Source of the DNA: an uncultured Nitrospinota bacterium
GTDB taxonomy: Bacteria; Tectomicrobia; Entotheonellia; J063; CAVPRW01
Length of the DNA: 64,000 bases
Assembly: GCA_963707985.1 (NCBI GenBank)
Contig: CAVPRW010000017.1
Coordinates: forward strand, 96,001 to 160,000
Direction: 5' to 3'
Shown here: piece after piece, positions 41,936 to 52,033 of the stretch
How the letters are laid out: the number at the start of each line of letters is the position of its first letter
Numbering within the stretch: position 1 is the stretch's first letter
The notes under the pieces: model-generated
Seen by the model: the letters and a program-made list of their open reading frames with translations, nothing else
The model's database searches: none
What the model was told of the DNA's origin: nothing
Position numbers and translations under genes: made by a program

Positions 41936-43342
41936 TTAGGCAAATATGTATTCCGTGGTCGCCACGATCGACTGCAGCATCTGGGCCACTCGTTGGGGGA
42001 ATTTCTCTGCCCCGGTTCGAATCTCGCCCTCGCCCTTGGCCAGTGTCACCAGCTCATTGCGCGTCTCCGGCGCCAGCTGGTACCCACCCAGCAGCTCCAA
42101 GCAACCATCCACCAGACGCTCTGGGGTCAACGTCGGCCCTTCGGCACGCAGCCGTGCGATGATGTCCTGCACGCCAGGCAGGTTGGTCTTGGCCAGGTAG
42201 TCGGCGGTGAAGTTAATGCGCTCGACCAAGGTACCACTGTCGATCCACTCCTTCCCGGTATGCCAGCCCTCGACCGTTGGCGGATTGAGGATGTCTTGGC
42301 CCATGTAGCGGATGTTCAGGGCCAGGGCATTGAAGCCGGGCTTGGGGAAGTCGAAATCTTTCACCAGGCGCGTGGTACCGATCACCGTTTCAACCGGGCT
42401 CTTGACTTTGGCGAAACGGGCCTGTTTGAAGAAATTGGAGTTGAACAGGACGCGCAACATCGAACGAATGTCGGTCCCAGACCGGAAGTACTCGTCTTCG
42501 AGCATTTTGATGGCCGCAGGGTCGCGCGGTGGCGTGTGCTGCCATGCAGGAACCTGTGGCTCGTCGGCGACGAAGTAATTGTACAGGTGACGGGCGATGA
42601 ATCTGGCCGTGGCCGGCTGCTTGGCGATGATGCGGATGATATCCTCGCCATTCAAGTTGCCGGTCTCGCCGAGGAAGGTCTTCTGGCCATCGTCATGATC
42701 TTTTGGATCGTAGACGAACGTCGACAGATATCGGCCATATGGATACCGCGGCATGGCATTGGCGACCGTCCAACCGGTGAAAGCTCGGGCCGCCTCTTTG
42801 ATATCCTCCTCGCTATAATTCAGCTCGCCGTCCTTACCCACACCCATGGAGAACAGCTCTAACAGTTCCCGGCCCCAGTTCTCATTGATGGCGCCGTTAT
42901 GGCTCATGCAGTTGTCCAGGTAGAACACCATGGCCGGATCATACGCCAGTCCCATCAGCAGGTCTTCGTACTTGCCCATGCCGGTGCGTCGGAACATATC
43001 GATTTCGAGGCTTTGCTGCCGAGGATGCTCGCACTTGGCATGGCCAGTGCAGAAAATCCCGTGCCAGAACAGGGCCATTTTTTCTTCGAGCGGCCGCTTG
43101 GTGTTGATCATGCGGAAGATCCACTCTTCCTGCTGGCCTTCCAGCCCATTCTTGTTCACCCATTCGGTCTTGTATCGCATCATAATATCGTCGTCGAGCT
43201 CGGGCTGCGTCTCGGGATGCAGCAATTCCTCAACGGTCGCCTCGTAGCCTTTGGCGGCGCGGGCTTCCACTTCCGAATATGGGGCTCCGAATCCTGCGCG
43301 GCGCATCAGGTGAGCCATCAAGACTTTAGCTTCGTCTGCCAT
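41936..43342 (-). CDS. DUF1800 domain protein
   Basis: HLMRRAGFG, EKMALFWHG, YLDN, NENWGRELLELFSMG, RAFTGW and PPTVEGW motifs. Confidence 0.92.
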   Translation of the reverse strand: MADEAKVLMAHLMRRAGFGAPYSEVEARAAKGYEATVEELLHPETQPELDDDIMMRYKTEWVNKNGLEGQQEEWIFRMINTKRPLEEKMALFWHGIFCTGHAKCEHPRQQSLEIDMFRRTGMGKYEDLLMGLAYDPAMVFYLDNCMSHNGAINENWGRELLELFSMGVGKDGELNYSEEDIKEAARAFTGWTVANAMPRYPYGRYLSTFVYDPKDHDDGQKTFLGETGNLNGEDIIRIIAKQPATARFIARHLYNYFVADEPQVPAWQHTPPRDPAAIKMLEDEYFRSGTDIRSMLRVLFNSNFFKQARFAKVKSPVETVIGTTRLVKDFDFPKPGFNALALNIRYMGQDILNPPTVEGWHTGKEWIDSGTLVERINFTADYLAKTNLPGVQDIIARLRAEGPTLTPERLVDGCLELLGGYQLAPETRNELVTLAKGEGEIRTGAEKFPQRVAQMLQSIVATTEYIFA

Positions 43343-43671
43343 GTCTCTTCTCCTCCTAGCCATGCTATTTCTACGATGTTGTTAAAGCCGCCCATGGGCG
43401 ACATGGACATGTAACGCAGGCACACATACTTCTGAGCTTCTGTGGGGCCACCATGGGCTGGATCGATGGCCCAGGTTGCGCTGCCCTCTGATCCTACCTC
43501 TAGGGTCATCAGACATCCTAGAGCGATCCTATACCTCAGTTGTTGCCTTGTCAACAGTTAGAAAAAAAATTATTGTCATTAGCGCGCTTAGCGGCACATC
43601 AAGCTGATTAAAACTTCGTCAGATGTGATGAATGCGTGCTTCTCTAATGGCCAACCGAGCCCAGTCAGGTG

Positions 43672-44397
43672 CTAGGTATAGCCGCCGAACAGTGCGCGTT
43701 GGAGATCCTTCCAAAAGCAATCAACGCTTTTGAACCCGACGTCTTTCAATGCCTCGAGCTGCTGTTCGAGGTTCGCGGGAAAGGGGCCAGCTCCCACTTC
43801 CACGGCTGTGCGTTCGGCTCGTCGCACCATGGTACCAATATCTTCGCGGGCATCCCCGGCACGCTGGCGGCGTGCTGTCGCCACGCGCGCATACCGCTGC
43901 TGCAGCTCAGTGGTTGGGGCGTTGACCAGGTCTAGATTGAGAAAGGCGCCACCTGGTTTCAATTGCTCGCGGATTTCGCCGTAGATCTCGCGAATACGTC
44001 TAAAGTCTCGCAGATTATGCAAGCAGCTCGATGACACGGCAGCGTCGAAGGGGCCAAATGGCTTCGGCAGCCAGTTCGGATCGAAGAGATCGGAATGGTG
44101 CGGTGTAAAGCGTCCCCCAAACGTCAGCATGAGGTGCCGCGCTCGGTTGAGCATGGGCTCCGAACCATCTTGACCAATGCATGTGGCGTTTGGGAAGCGC
44201 TCGAGAATGTAGTGGCTCACCGGTCCGTAGCCGCCGCCGACATCGAGGATCGTGACGGTGGCGTCGTTGGGAAACGGGAAGAGGTCACACATTATCTGAA
44301 AGCGCTCGCCCCGACGCGGATCTTCAGTCTGTTGTCGTCTCACCCACTCGTCGACGTATCCTTCTGAGGACCAATCGTGATGGTCGTTTCGCTGCAT
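43672..44397 (-). CDS. Class I SAM-dependent methyltransferase
   Basis: ILDVGGGYG, DGSEPML, FDAAVSS..LH and LKPGGAFLNLD motifs. Confidence 0.9.
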   Translation of the reverse strand: MQRNDHHDWSSEGYVDEWVRRQQTEDPRRGERFQIMCDLFPFPNDATVTILDVGGGYGPVSHYILERFPNATCIGQDGSEPMLNRARHLMLTFGGRFTPHHSDLFDPNWLPKPFGPFDAAVSSSCLHNLRDFRRIREIYGEIREQLKPGGAFLNLDLVNAPTTELQQRYARVATARRQRAGDAREDIGTMVRRAERTAVEVGAGPFPANLEQQLEALKDVGFKSVDCFWKDLQRALFGGYT

Positions 44398-44585
44398 ATA
44401 CCCCTCCTACACCGGTACCAGTCGAGCCTGGAGACAACCATCAGGCGGCGGGTTATGGGTCTGAGACGACTCACCCGCCAATGCGGTCGGGCTCGATCTG
44501 GCCCTCTGCCCCCTGGGCCGTGGGAACGGCCCAGGTTGATGTTGCCGGAGATCTGCGCTCCAGGCCTATGAGGCGTAACGAGCGG

Positions 44586-45542
44586 CTAGAGGCCTAAGAG
44601 CTTCTCCAAGTTTTTCCAGAGGATTTTTTCTTTTTCCTCCTGGGTCAAACTCTGCAGGCCTAGCACCCAGGCGACGGGCCAATCGATCCGCATGTCAGCC
44701 GGCCAGTCGGTGCCCAGCACCACCCGGTCGGCGCCAACGGCGTCGAGCAACATGCGTAGCGCCGGCTCGCTATGGGTCAGGCAGTCGTAGTAGAACTTGC
44801 GCAGGTATGCACTAGGGGGCTTGTCGATGTGAGCTCTCGCCTCGGAGCGCACCTGCCAGCCCCGGTCCATACGGCCGATGCCGAAACAGGTATAGCCCCC
44901 GCCATGTGCCAGACAGATCTTCAAGTCTGGGCACTGGTCCATGACGCCCCCGAACACGAAAGAGGCAAAAGTCACGGCCCGGTCGACCAGATTGCCGATC
45001 GTGTTGGCGAGATGATAGCGGTTAATGCGTTGGAGCACCAACGTTGGCCTGGCCTGGTGGATGAAGATCACCGCCCCCATCCGCTCTGCTTCTTTCCAGA
45101 AGGGGAGAAATTCCGGTTCGTCGAAGGTGCGGCCATTGACATGGTCATTGATCATGGCCCCTTTAAGGCCGAGCTGCATCATGCCACGTTCCAGCTCACC
45201 GATGGCCGCCTTGATGTCTTGCATCGGCAGCGTGGCCAGGCCTGCGAAGCGGTCGGGGTAGTCGATTGTCATCTGGTGCACTTCGTCATTACAGGCGCGT
45301 GCAATGGCGGTGGTGGTAGCGACGTCCTGATCGTACTTGTAGAAGGCAACATTGGTGGATACGACTTGAACGTCGACCCCAAGGGACTTCATGTCGGCCA
45401 GACGCTCTTCTGGCGTCCAGGCGTTCATAGGGTTGAAGAGCTCCCCTTCGGCACTGGTCATGCCATGCCATGTCCTGCCGGATAGAACTTCTCGTTGGAA
45501 GCACTGGGGGGTGAGATGCGCGTGAATATCGATCGCTCGCAT
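44586..45542 (-). CDS. Amidohydrolase-2 family protein (ACMSD/decarboxylase-like)
   Basis: IDIHAH, FIH, LAHGGG and GTDWP motifs. Confidence 0.92.
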   Translation of the reverse strand: MRAIDIHAHLTPQCFQREVLSGRTWHGMTSAEGELFNPMNAWTPEERLADMKSLGVDVQVVSTNVAFYKYDQDVATTTAIARACNDEVHQMTIDYPDRFAGLATLPMQDIKAAIGELERGMMQLGLKGAMINDHVNGRTFDEPEFLPFWKEAERMGAVIFIHQARPTLVLQRINRYHLANTIGNLVDRAVTFASFVFGGVMDQCPDLKICLAHGGGYTCFGIGRMDRGWQVRSEARAHIDKPPSAYLRKFYYDCLTHSEPALRMLLDAVGADRVVLGTDWPADMRIDWPVAWVLGLQSLTQEEKEKILWKNLEKLLGL

Positions 45543-45564
45543 ACGCCTCCTTGTCCCTTTTCGC

Positions 45565-45646
45565 TAGTGGTCAGTGGTTGATGACTAGTGTCAGGCAGTA
45601 GACACCCTTGTCTACACGACTGATCACCGACCACAGACCACAAGCC
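45565..45646. repeat. Intergenic heptamer-periodic imperfect palindrome
   Basis: TAGTGG-TCAGTGG-TTGATGA...GACTGAT-CACCGAC-CACAGAC-CACAAGC with an inner GTAGACA/TGTCTAC hairpin. Confidence 0.5.
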
Positions 45647-45654
45647 ATGAGGCC

Positions 45655-46618
45655 CTACTTTTCGAGACCCAATAGCTTCTCTAGGTTTTTGTACAGGATG
45701 GCCTCTTTCTCCTCCTGAGTCAGGCTTTGCAGGCTGAGTATCCAGGAGACAGGCCAGTCGATAGCCATGTCAGCCGGCCAGTCGGTGCCGAAGATCACCT
45801 TGTCGATACCCACGCTGTCGATCAACATGCGCAGCGCCGGTTCGCTGTGTGTCAGACAATCGTAGTAGAACTTATTGAGATAGGTGCTGGGGGGACGTTG
45901 GATGTTGACTCTGGCCTCGGAGCGTACTTGCCAGCCGCGATCCATCCGTCCGATGCCAAAGCACGTATAGCCACCGCCATGGGCCAGGCAGATCTTTAGA
46001 TCGGGGCAGGCATCCATGACGCCGCCAAAGACGAAGGAGGCGAAGGTGACGGCGCGGTCGACCAGGTTGCCGATGGTGTTGGGCAGATGGTAGCGGTTCG
46101 AGCGCTCTTTGACCAGCGTCTCGCCACCTTGTTGGTGGATAAACATGATAGCCCCCATCTGCTCTGCCGCCTTCCACAGGGGCAGAAACTCGGGCTCATC
46201 ATAGGTGCGCCCGTTGACTTTGTCATCGATCATCGCCCCGACCAGGCCGAGCTGGTTGACCGCTCGATCCAGCTCAGCGATGGCCGCCGGCACGTCCTGC
46301 ATCGGGATCTGCGCAAAGCCCTTGAAGCGGTCCGGATAGTCCATGGTCATCTGATGCACTTCGTCATTGCATTCCCGGTGCATGGCGGCGACGGTCTGGG
46401 GATCGCGATCGTAGTAGTAGAAACCTGCCCCGGTGGACACGACATGGACGTCGACCCCGAGGGATTTCATGTCGGCAAGGCGCTGCTCCGGTGTCCAGAC
46501 CGCCCGAGGCGCAATGCCGAACGCTGCCCGGTTTGATGCCGTGCCATTCCTTCCCAGCCTGCATGGCATGGATGAAACACTGGGGTGTCAAGTGAGCGTG
46601 AATGTCGATGCTGCGCAT
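45655..46618 (-). CDS. Amidohydrolase-2 family protein, paralog of the adjacent gene; frameshift near 46518
   Basis: MRSIDIHAHLTPQCF in ORF 46364-46624 continues into ORF 45655-46569 (WTPEQRLADM...GTDWP). Confidence 0.88.
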
Positions 46619-46944
46619 GTGCACCTCCGTCTGCTAACGCTTTCTATGAAGGACGTCCATCGCAACAAAACTGCTGTCGGACGACTCAGGCAATGTGCTC
46701 CACCCGGCCGAAATCATACCACAGAAGATTCGTCCACATGATCTACGGCCGCTCCTGCCCCCATGCATCGCGCTCCCCCCCGGACAAAAGGGAAGTGGGG
46801 TAACGGTGCCAGCGACTGGCAACGCCGGCAACTCGGTCTCAAGCGCCCCGGCTTCGGAGCTGTAGAGGTTTCTGAAGTCGCCTGACCCTGTGTCGGCGGC
46901 ATACTACGCCGCCGGGTGAGGGGTGTCAACCCTGGCGTTCGCCT

Positions 46945-48111
46945 TCACCTTTGCAGCTCGAAGTGGTCGAATACAGAGGTTCCGAGAGACGTGCCGTGAC
47001 AGGCGAGCATCGATGATCCTCGCGGCCAAATGCTGGCATTGTCCGGTTTCCATCGCGCTTCGCCGGGGGCACAGACGCGTATTGTGGTCACGCCCAGGCG
47101 GTTAGGGTCCAAATCGACTCGGACGTAGTGATTCATAATCCCTCGCCTGGCTATGGCATACTGAATATACGGGGGTGCAACCTTTGACGATGGTGATGCC
47201 TGCTGGTCGGCAAATGGGCGCAGCCACGCGCCACCCCCTCCGGCCACCACATAGACCACGCCCCTCCCGGCTGGATAGACCCCTGCCTGATACAGCTTGT
47301 GTTCGACTGCGGGCAACGGTTGGATGCGGTTGGGTGGATCGGTCACCCCTAGCGGATAGGTGCGCTCGAAGGAGTGCTGGTGGCCGGAAAAGACGAGGTC
47401 CACGCCCATGTCGTGCAGCGGTTTCAGGGTGGCGCAGCACGGCTTCTCAAACCACGCCGTGGTCACGACCGGTGCATGGACCAACACCAGGACCCACTTC
47501 TTGGCGTCCTTCGCACGCTTGACAGGCTCTTCGAGCCAGGCAAGCGCCCCGAGCTTGTCCGCGCCCAACACATCATGGTCTAGGACGGCGATCAACACCC
47601 CAGGGAGATCCTCGATGACACCCTCCCAATCTCTGGCTCCAGGTGGCTTTGTCAACGGGGCTCTCAAATTGGCGATCATTTGCCAGCACGTAATGGCGGC
47701 TTTCGCCCAATCACTGTCACCCTCGGGAGCATCATTATCCCCTCGTGCGAACACGACCTTCCCCTGAAAAGGCGTGAGCAGCTTGTCGCGGACCTCGGCT
47801 ACATACGGCGGCAGGTCCCCTGCCGCCGTATTCTGAGTACACACGCCCTTGGTATAGATGTAATCCCCTGCGTACAGCACCAAGTCGGGGGCATCCTGGA
47901 TCATGGCCTGCTGAACGGCAAGAAAACCCGCCGTGAAGGCGTCGTCGCCGATGCCCATATCGCCGACCACGAGGATTCTACACGACTCCCCTTGGCAGGC
48001 TGCGAAGGTTGGCATCACGGTACTGAGACCAAGGGCGATCCAGGCCACGACCAAGAGCAGCAGATGAATGGTGCCGAGTCTTGCGATCATCGATTGTTCT
48101 CCATAGCTCAC
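46945..48111 (-). CDS. Secreted metallophosphoesterase (calcineurin-like)
   Basis: Signal peptide; GDMG, AGDYIY, RGDND, HAP and FSGHQHSFER motifs. Confidence 0.88.
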   Translation of the reverse strand: MSYGEQSMIARLGTIHLLLLVVAWIALGLSTVMPTFAACQGESCRILVVGDMGIGDDAFTAGFLAVQQAMIQDAPDLVLYAGDYIYTKGVCTQNTAAGDLPPYVAEVRDKLLTPFQGKVVFARGDNDAPEGDSDWAKAAITCWQMIANLRAPLTKPPGARDWEGVIEDLPGVLIAVLDHDVLGADKLGALAWLEEPVKRAKDAKKWVLVLVHAPVVTTAWFEKPCCATLKPLHDMGVDLVFSGHQHSFERTYPLGVTDPPNRIQPLPAVEHKLYQAGVYPAGRGVVYVVAGGGGAWLRPFADQQASPSSKVAPPYIQYAIARRGIMNHYVRVDLDPNRLGVTTIRVCAPGEARWKPDNASIWPRGSSMLACHGTSLGTSVFDHFELQR

Positions 48112-48355
48112 AGGAAGGACACGTGTGCAGGATAGTACTTCAGCCTGAGCCGGTTATATAAGGAGCGCAGAACCGTGTCAAGCCCCTGGGGCTTCCGTCT
48201 ATCGACCTCGGAGGATGTCGTCGATCGCGTCTCACCCCCGACTTGTCATGGCCCCTTTCCGCGGTTATATCGTTCGAGGCGCTGGTATCGCGATCGAATC
48301 TGCGGTACTATGCATCACTCATGACCTTGAGGAGACCAATCTGGAGACAACATCC

Positions 48356-49054
48356 ATGAAAAACAAAGTCTATCCAACTTTTGACGAGGCCGTAGCGGAC
48401 GTCCCCGATGGATCTGTGTTCATGTCCCCCGGATTTGGTGGCGTCGGCGTTCCAAGGAACCTTCTGGCTGCCTTGCACCGTCAGGGAGCCAAAAGCCTCA
48501 CAGGCATTTCCAACAACGGCGGCAGCAAGGACGACAAAGTCGATGTCGGCACCTTGATCGCGGCGGGCCAGGTGAAGAAAATGTACTGCGCCTTTACGGC
48601 TGCCACCCATCCCTCGCAGGTGACCCCCTTCGTCCAGATGTATAACGAGGGCAAGATCGACGCGGAGGTACTTCCCCAGGGGACGCTGGCCGAGCGGGTT
48701 CGCGCCGCCGCCGCCGGGATCGGCGCGTTTTACACACCCGCCAGCGTCGGCACCGAACTGGCCGAGGGCAAAGAGCACCGCGAGATCAACGGCCGCATGT
48801 ACGTGCTGGAGTACCCCCTGCACGCGGACTATGCGTTCATCCGCGCCTGGAAGGCGGACACGTTCGGCAACCTGCAGTTCCGCCTGGCCCAGCGCAATTT
48901 CAACCCCATCATGGCGATGGCGGCGAGAATTACCATTGTCGAAGTGGAAAACGACATCGTGCCTATCGGGGAGCTGGACCCGGACCAGATTCATGTGCCG
49001 GGCGTCTACGTCGACCGCCTGGTGCGCATCCCTGCTGACGGGATCTGGGACTGA
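48356..49054 (+). CDS. 3-oxoacid CoA-transferase subunit A
   Basis: GFGGVGVP, PQGTLAERVRA, GNL..RNFNPIMAMAA and DPDQIHVPGVYVD motifs. Confidence 0.93.
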   Translation: MKNKVYPTFDEAVADVPDGSVFMSPGFGGVGVPRNLLAALHRQGAKSLTGISNNGGSKDDKVDVGTLIAAGQVKKMYCAFTAATHPSQVTPFVQMYNEGKIDAEVLPQGTLAERVRAAAAGIGAFYTPASVGTELAEGKEHREINGRMYVLEYPLHADYAFIRAWKADTFGNLQFRLAQRNFNPIMAMAARITIVEVENDIVPIGELDPDQIHVPGVYVDRLVRIPADGIWD

Positions 49055-49130
49055 GAGCTCTGCACTGATCACAGGTTGGTACGTTGCTGCGAAGACGAGC
49101 GCAGGCGTCGAATAATTGGAGGAGATGAGG

Positions 49131-49811
49131 ATGGAAGAGAAGCCGAGACTGGCGCGGCAAGCCATGTGCGATCGGCTGGCGATGGAATTCCAGGACGAAT
49201 GGATAGTGAATCTGGGCGTGGGTATGCCGACTCTGTGTTCAAATTATGTGGATCCCAAGAAAAGCCTGATCTTTCACTCGGAGAACGGCGTGATCGGCTA
49301 CGGTCCACTGGCGAAGCCGGAAGAGGTCGACCGGCATCTGGTCAATGCCGGAGGACAGAACGTCACGCCCGTACTCGGCATGGCGATCGTGCATCACGCC
49401 GATTCCTTCGCATTGATCCGTAAAGGCATGGTGGATGTGACGGTGATGGGCGCCTACGAGGTGTCCGAAAACGGGGATTTCGCCAATTGGCGCATCCCCA
49501 ACCGTAAAGGCGGCGGCATCGGTGGGGCGATGGATTTAGCGGCTTGTGCCAAGCGGGTGTTCATTGCCTTGGAGCATACCACCCGCGAGGGCAAACCCCG
49601 TTTGCTCAAACGCTGCACCCTGCCCATCACGGCGCCGGGCGTGGTCAAATTGGTCGCGACCGACCTGGGCCTGTTCGAGGTGACTCCTCAAGGATTTCAG
49701 CTCCGCGAGTACGCCCCAGGATGGACTCCTGAGGAGATTCAGGACCTTACCGAGGCGCAGCTGATCATGGCCGACAGCCTGCGGGAATTCCGCTTCCGCG
49801 ACCAGAACTAG
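49131..49811 (+). CDS. 3-oxoacid CoA-transferase subunit B
   Basis: VNLGVGMPT, HSENG and GIGGAMDL motifs. Confidence 0.93.
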   Translation: MEEKPRLARQAMCDRLAMEFQDEWIVNLGVGMPTLCSNYVDPKKSLIFHSENGVIGYGPLAKPEEVDRHLVNAGGQNVTPVLGMAIVHHADSFALIRKGMVDVTVMGAYEVSENGDFANWRIPNRKGGGIGGAMDLAACAKRVFIALEHTTREGKPRLLKRCTLPITAPGVVKLVATDLGLFEVTPQGFQLREYAPGWTPEEIQDLTEAQLIMADSLREFRFRDQN

Positions 49812-49947
49812 CGTTCAATCGCCGCTATCCGGCGTCGGCGTGGTGGCCTGTCCAGGAATGATCACGGCATCGGTGGCAATGGGGCGATGGAGCGCACCGG
49901 AACGGTGGAGGAATGGAAGGCTGCTAGAGAAGAATGGAGGTGTCACG

Positions 49948-51093
49948 TTGAAGATCGCTGCTGTCAAAGCCCATCCGATGTCGATCGCGCGGCCCCAAGC
50001 CAGTTGGACCGCACATGAAATAACCACCGAAGCCAGCTTGATCCTGGTTGAAGTTCAGACCGATGCCGGGCTCATTGGGTATGGGGAAATTCAGAGCGGG
50101 CCGATGCCTCAGGTATGCCGTTGGATTGAGCAATTCGGCGAGATCATCCGCGGCATGGATGCCCTGGCCCATCTTGAAGTCTGGGAAAAACTCTTTGCAC
50201 TGACCTCGCCGCGGCCCGGTGGCATTGGCGGTCGGGATGGCTTGCCACCGCCGCTGCCACGCGGCCAGCGCTCTCAGATCATGGCAGCCATCGGGGGCAT
50301 CGATATCGCGCTGTGGGATATCAAAGGCAAGGCTACCAACATGCCGGTCTACCGGCTGCTCGGCGGCTCCCAACGCGAGCTGTTTACGTATGCTACCGGC
50401 GGCTACTATGTCGAAGGCGCACCGCTCACCGCCTGCGCCGAGGAGCTGGGAAGTTATGTCGCTGCCGGATACCGTGCCGTCAAGCTCAAGACCGGCGGCA
50501 TGTCTTTAGACCAGGAGCTTGTGCGCATCCGGGCCACGCGTGAGGCCATCGGTGATGCCATGCTCATGCTCGATATGAATGCGCCCTATGATGTGCAGGA
50601 TTGCATCATGTTTGCCGAGGCGGTCGAACCCTATAACATCTTCTGGCTTGAGGAGCCTCTGCACTGGTATCTGCAGCCGGCCGATTACGTCAGACTGGCC
50701 GATGCCATATCCATACCGTTGGCGCATGGGGAGCGCGAGTGGACCCGTTTCACTATCCGTGATTTCATCGCCTCTGGCGCGATTCGCTTCGTGCAGTTCG
50801 ATGCCACCCGCTATGCCGGTTTCACCGAAGCCCTGCGTATCGCCCATTTGGCCGAGCAGCATCGGGTCGTCATCGCGCCCCATACGGCTCCTCACATTCA
50901 TGGGCATATCGTCTCAGCCTTTGGCGCCAGCGCCTTCGGTGTGGAATCACACGGTGATCCAGAGCGCCATCCCATCCAGCATGGCATGTACACGGAGGGG
51001 CCGGAAGTGCGCGATGGCAAAGTCTACCTGAGTGAGTTGCCTGGCTTGGGTGTCGAGATCGACTGGGCTTTCGTCAACAAGCATCGTGCTTAA
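49948..51093 (+). CDS. Mandelate racemase/muconate lactonizing enzyme family protein
   Basis: GGAGG RBS before TTG; IDIALWDIKGK..PVYRLLGG, KLK, LDMN, WLEEP, GE and PGLGVEID motifs. Confidence 0.93.
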   Translation: MKIAAVKAHPMSIARPQASWTAHEITTEASLILVEVQTDAGLIGYGEIQSGPMPQVCRWIEQFGEIIRGMDALAHLEVWEKLFALTSPRPGGIGGRDGLPPPLPRGQRSQIMAAIGGIDIALWDIKGKATNMPVYRLLGGSQRELFTYATGGYYVEGAPLTACAEELGSYVAAGYRAVKLKTGGMSLDQELVRIRATREAIGDAMLMLDMNAPYDVQDCIMFAEAVEPYNIFWLEEPLHWYLQPADYVRLADAISIPLAHGEREWTRFTIRDFIASGAIRFVQFDATRYAGFTEALRIAHLAEQHRVVIAPHTAPHIHGHIVSAFGASAFGVESHGDPERHPIQHGMYTEGPEVRDGKVYLSELPGLGVEIDWAFVNKHRA

Positions 51094-51123
51094 GCAGTGC
51101 TTTAGCGGGTGGGGCAAGATCAT

Positions 51124-51627
51124 TTATGGCGTGACTGGCCGCCATTCCATGAAGAGGTAGACGCCGTCGTCGTCCAGCGTGGTAAAGCCTAGGCGCTCGT
51201 AGAGCCGTTGGGCGCGGTTGAGCTTCTCCACGTGGATGCGGAAGGGTCTTCCAGTGCGCGCCGCTTCGGCGAGCAGGCCTTGCAGAATGGTGGTGCCGAT
51301 ACCGGCCTGCTGAAACTCCGGCAAGAGTGCGATATCGATGCCACGCGTTTCATCCGCTCTCCGCTCGATGTAGAGCCGGCCAATCGGGTGCTCACCGCGC
51401 AGGATAATGGTGAAGTCGGCCATGGGAAATTGCGCCAGGTAGGACTGTTGCTGGGCACGAAACTGCATCCTGAGGAAAGCCTCGCGCTGAGCCTTGCTCC
51501 AGCCCAGGGCAGCCAACTCATCCAGGCGGGTGCTGGCATAGACGTCGAAGAGAAATTCCTCATCCTCTGCGCGGATGGGGCGCACGGTGATGCCTTTGCC
51601 GTATTGGCACGAGCGGTCTTCATGCAT
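51124..51627 (-). CDS. GNAT family N-acetyltransferase
   Basis: DIALLPEFQQAGIGT and N.AQRLYERLGF motifs; FLRMQFRAQ motif of the GNATs found next to tail-collar genes. Confidence 0.92.
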   Translation of the reverse strand: MHEDRSCQYGKGITVRPIRAEDEEFLFDVYASTRLDELAALGWSKAQREAFLRMQFRAQQQSYLAQFPMADFTIILRGEHPIGRLYIERRADETRGIDIALLPEFQQAGIGTTILQGLLAEAARTGRPFRIHVEKLNRAQRLYERLGFTTLDDDGVYLFMEWRPVTP

Positions 51628-51952
51628 CTGGGCGCCGGAATCGGTTGAAGACCGCCTCGTAATACACCCCGTCATGATCCTGCCCCACGGGCACCAGGAA
51701 TAATTCGAAGGCTCCGAGCTGGTTGTGCTGCAGCTGATACATCCCCTGCCGGAGTAGCATGTCACGCGGACCGTGGAAGACAAGAGAAAAGCGCTCCTGG
51801 CGGGAAGCAGCCGATGGGTGCTGGTGATCCGATGCTCCTTTCTCAGTCACTTCAACCAATTCCACTTCCATTACCAGTGTCGGCGAGACGTGGATGCTGA
51901 ATGGGGTGTTCAGTTGCGTGCTGAACGTCCCGGCGTGAAGATCGTCCGACAT
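51620..51952 (-). CDS. DUF6916-like protein
   Basis: FSLVFHGP...QGMYQLQH..LG.FELFLVPVG...YEAVFN motif. Confidence 0.8.
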   Translation of the reverse strand: MSDDLHAGTFSTQLNTPFSIHVSPTLVMEVELVEVTEKGASDHQHPSAASRQERFSLVFHGPRDMLLRQGMYQLQHNQLGAFELFLVPVGQDHDGVYYEAVFNRFRRPDA

Positions 51953-52033
51953 CGTCGTTCCCCCAATACCCAACAACAGAGACCAGTCAGTGCCCCGGCA
52001 CTGCATTTCGGAACCCCTGGCCGCCCACGGAGG

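Noticed and set aside
40758..42862. Long plus-strand ORFs (393 aa and 289 aa)
   Set aside because: Antisense shadows of the DUF1501 and DUF1800 genes.
46630..46940. Possible ncRNA or riboswitch in the hairpin-rich intergenic region
   Set aside because: Only short GC hairpins; no family motif I can recognise without an Rfam search.
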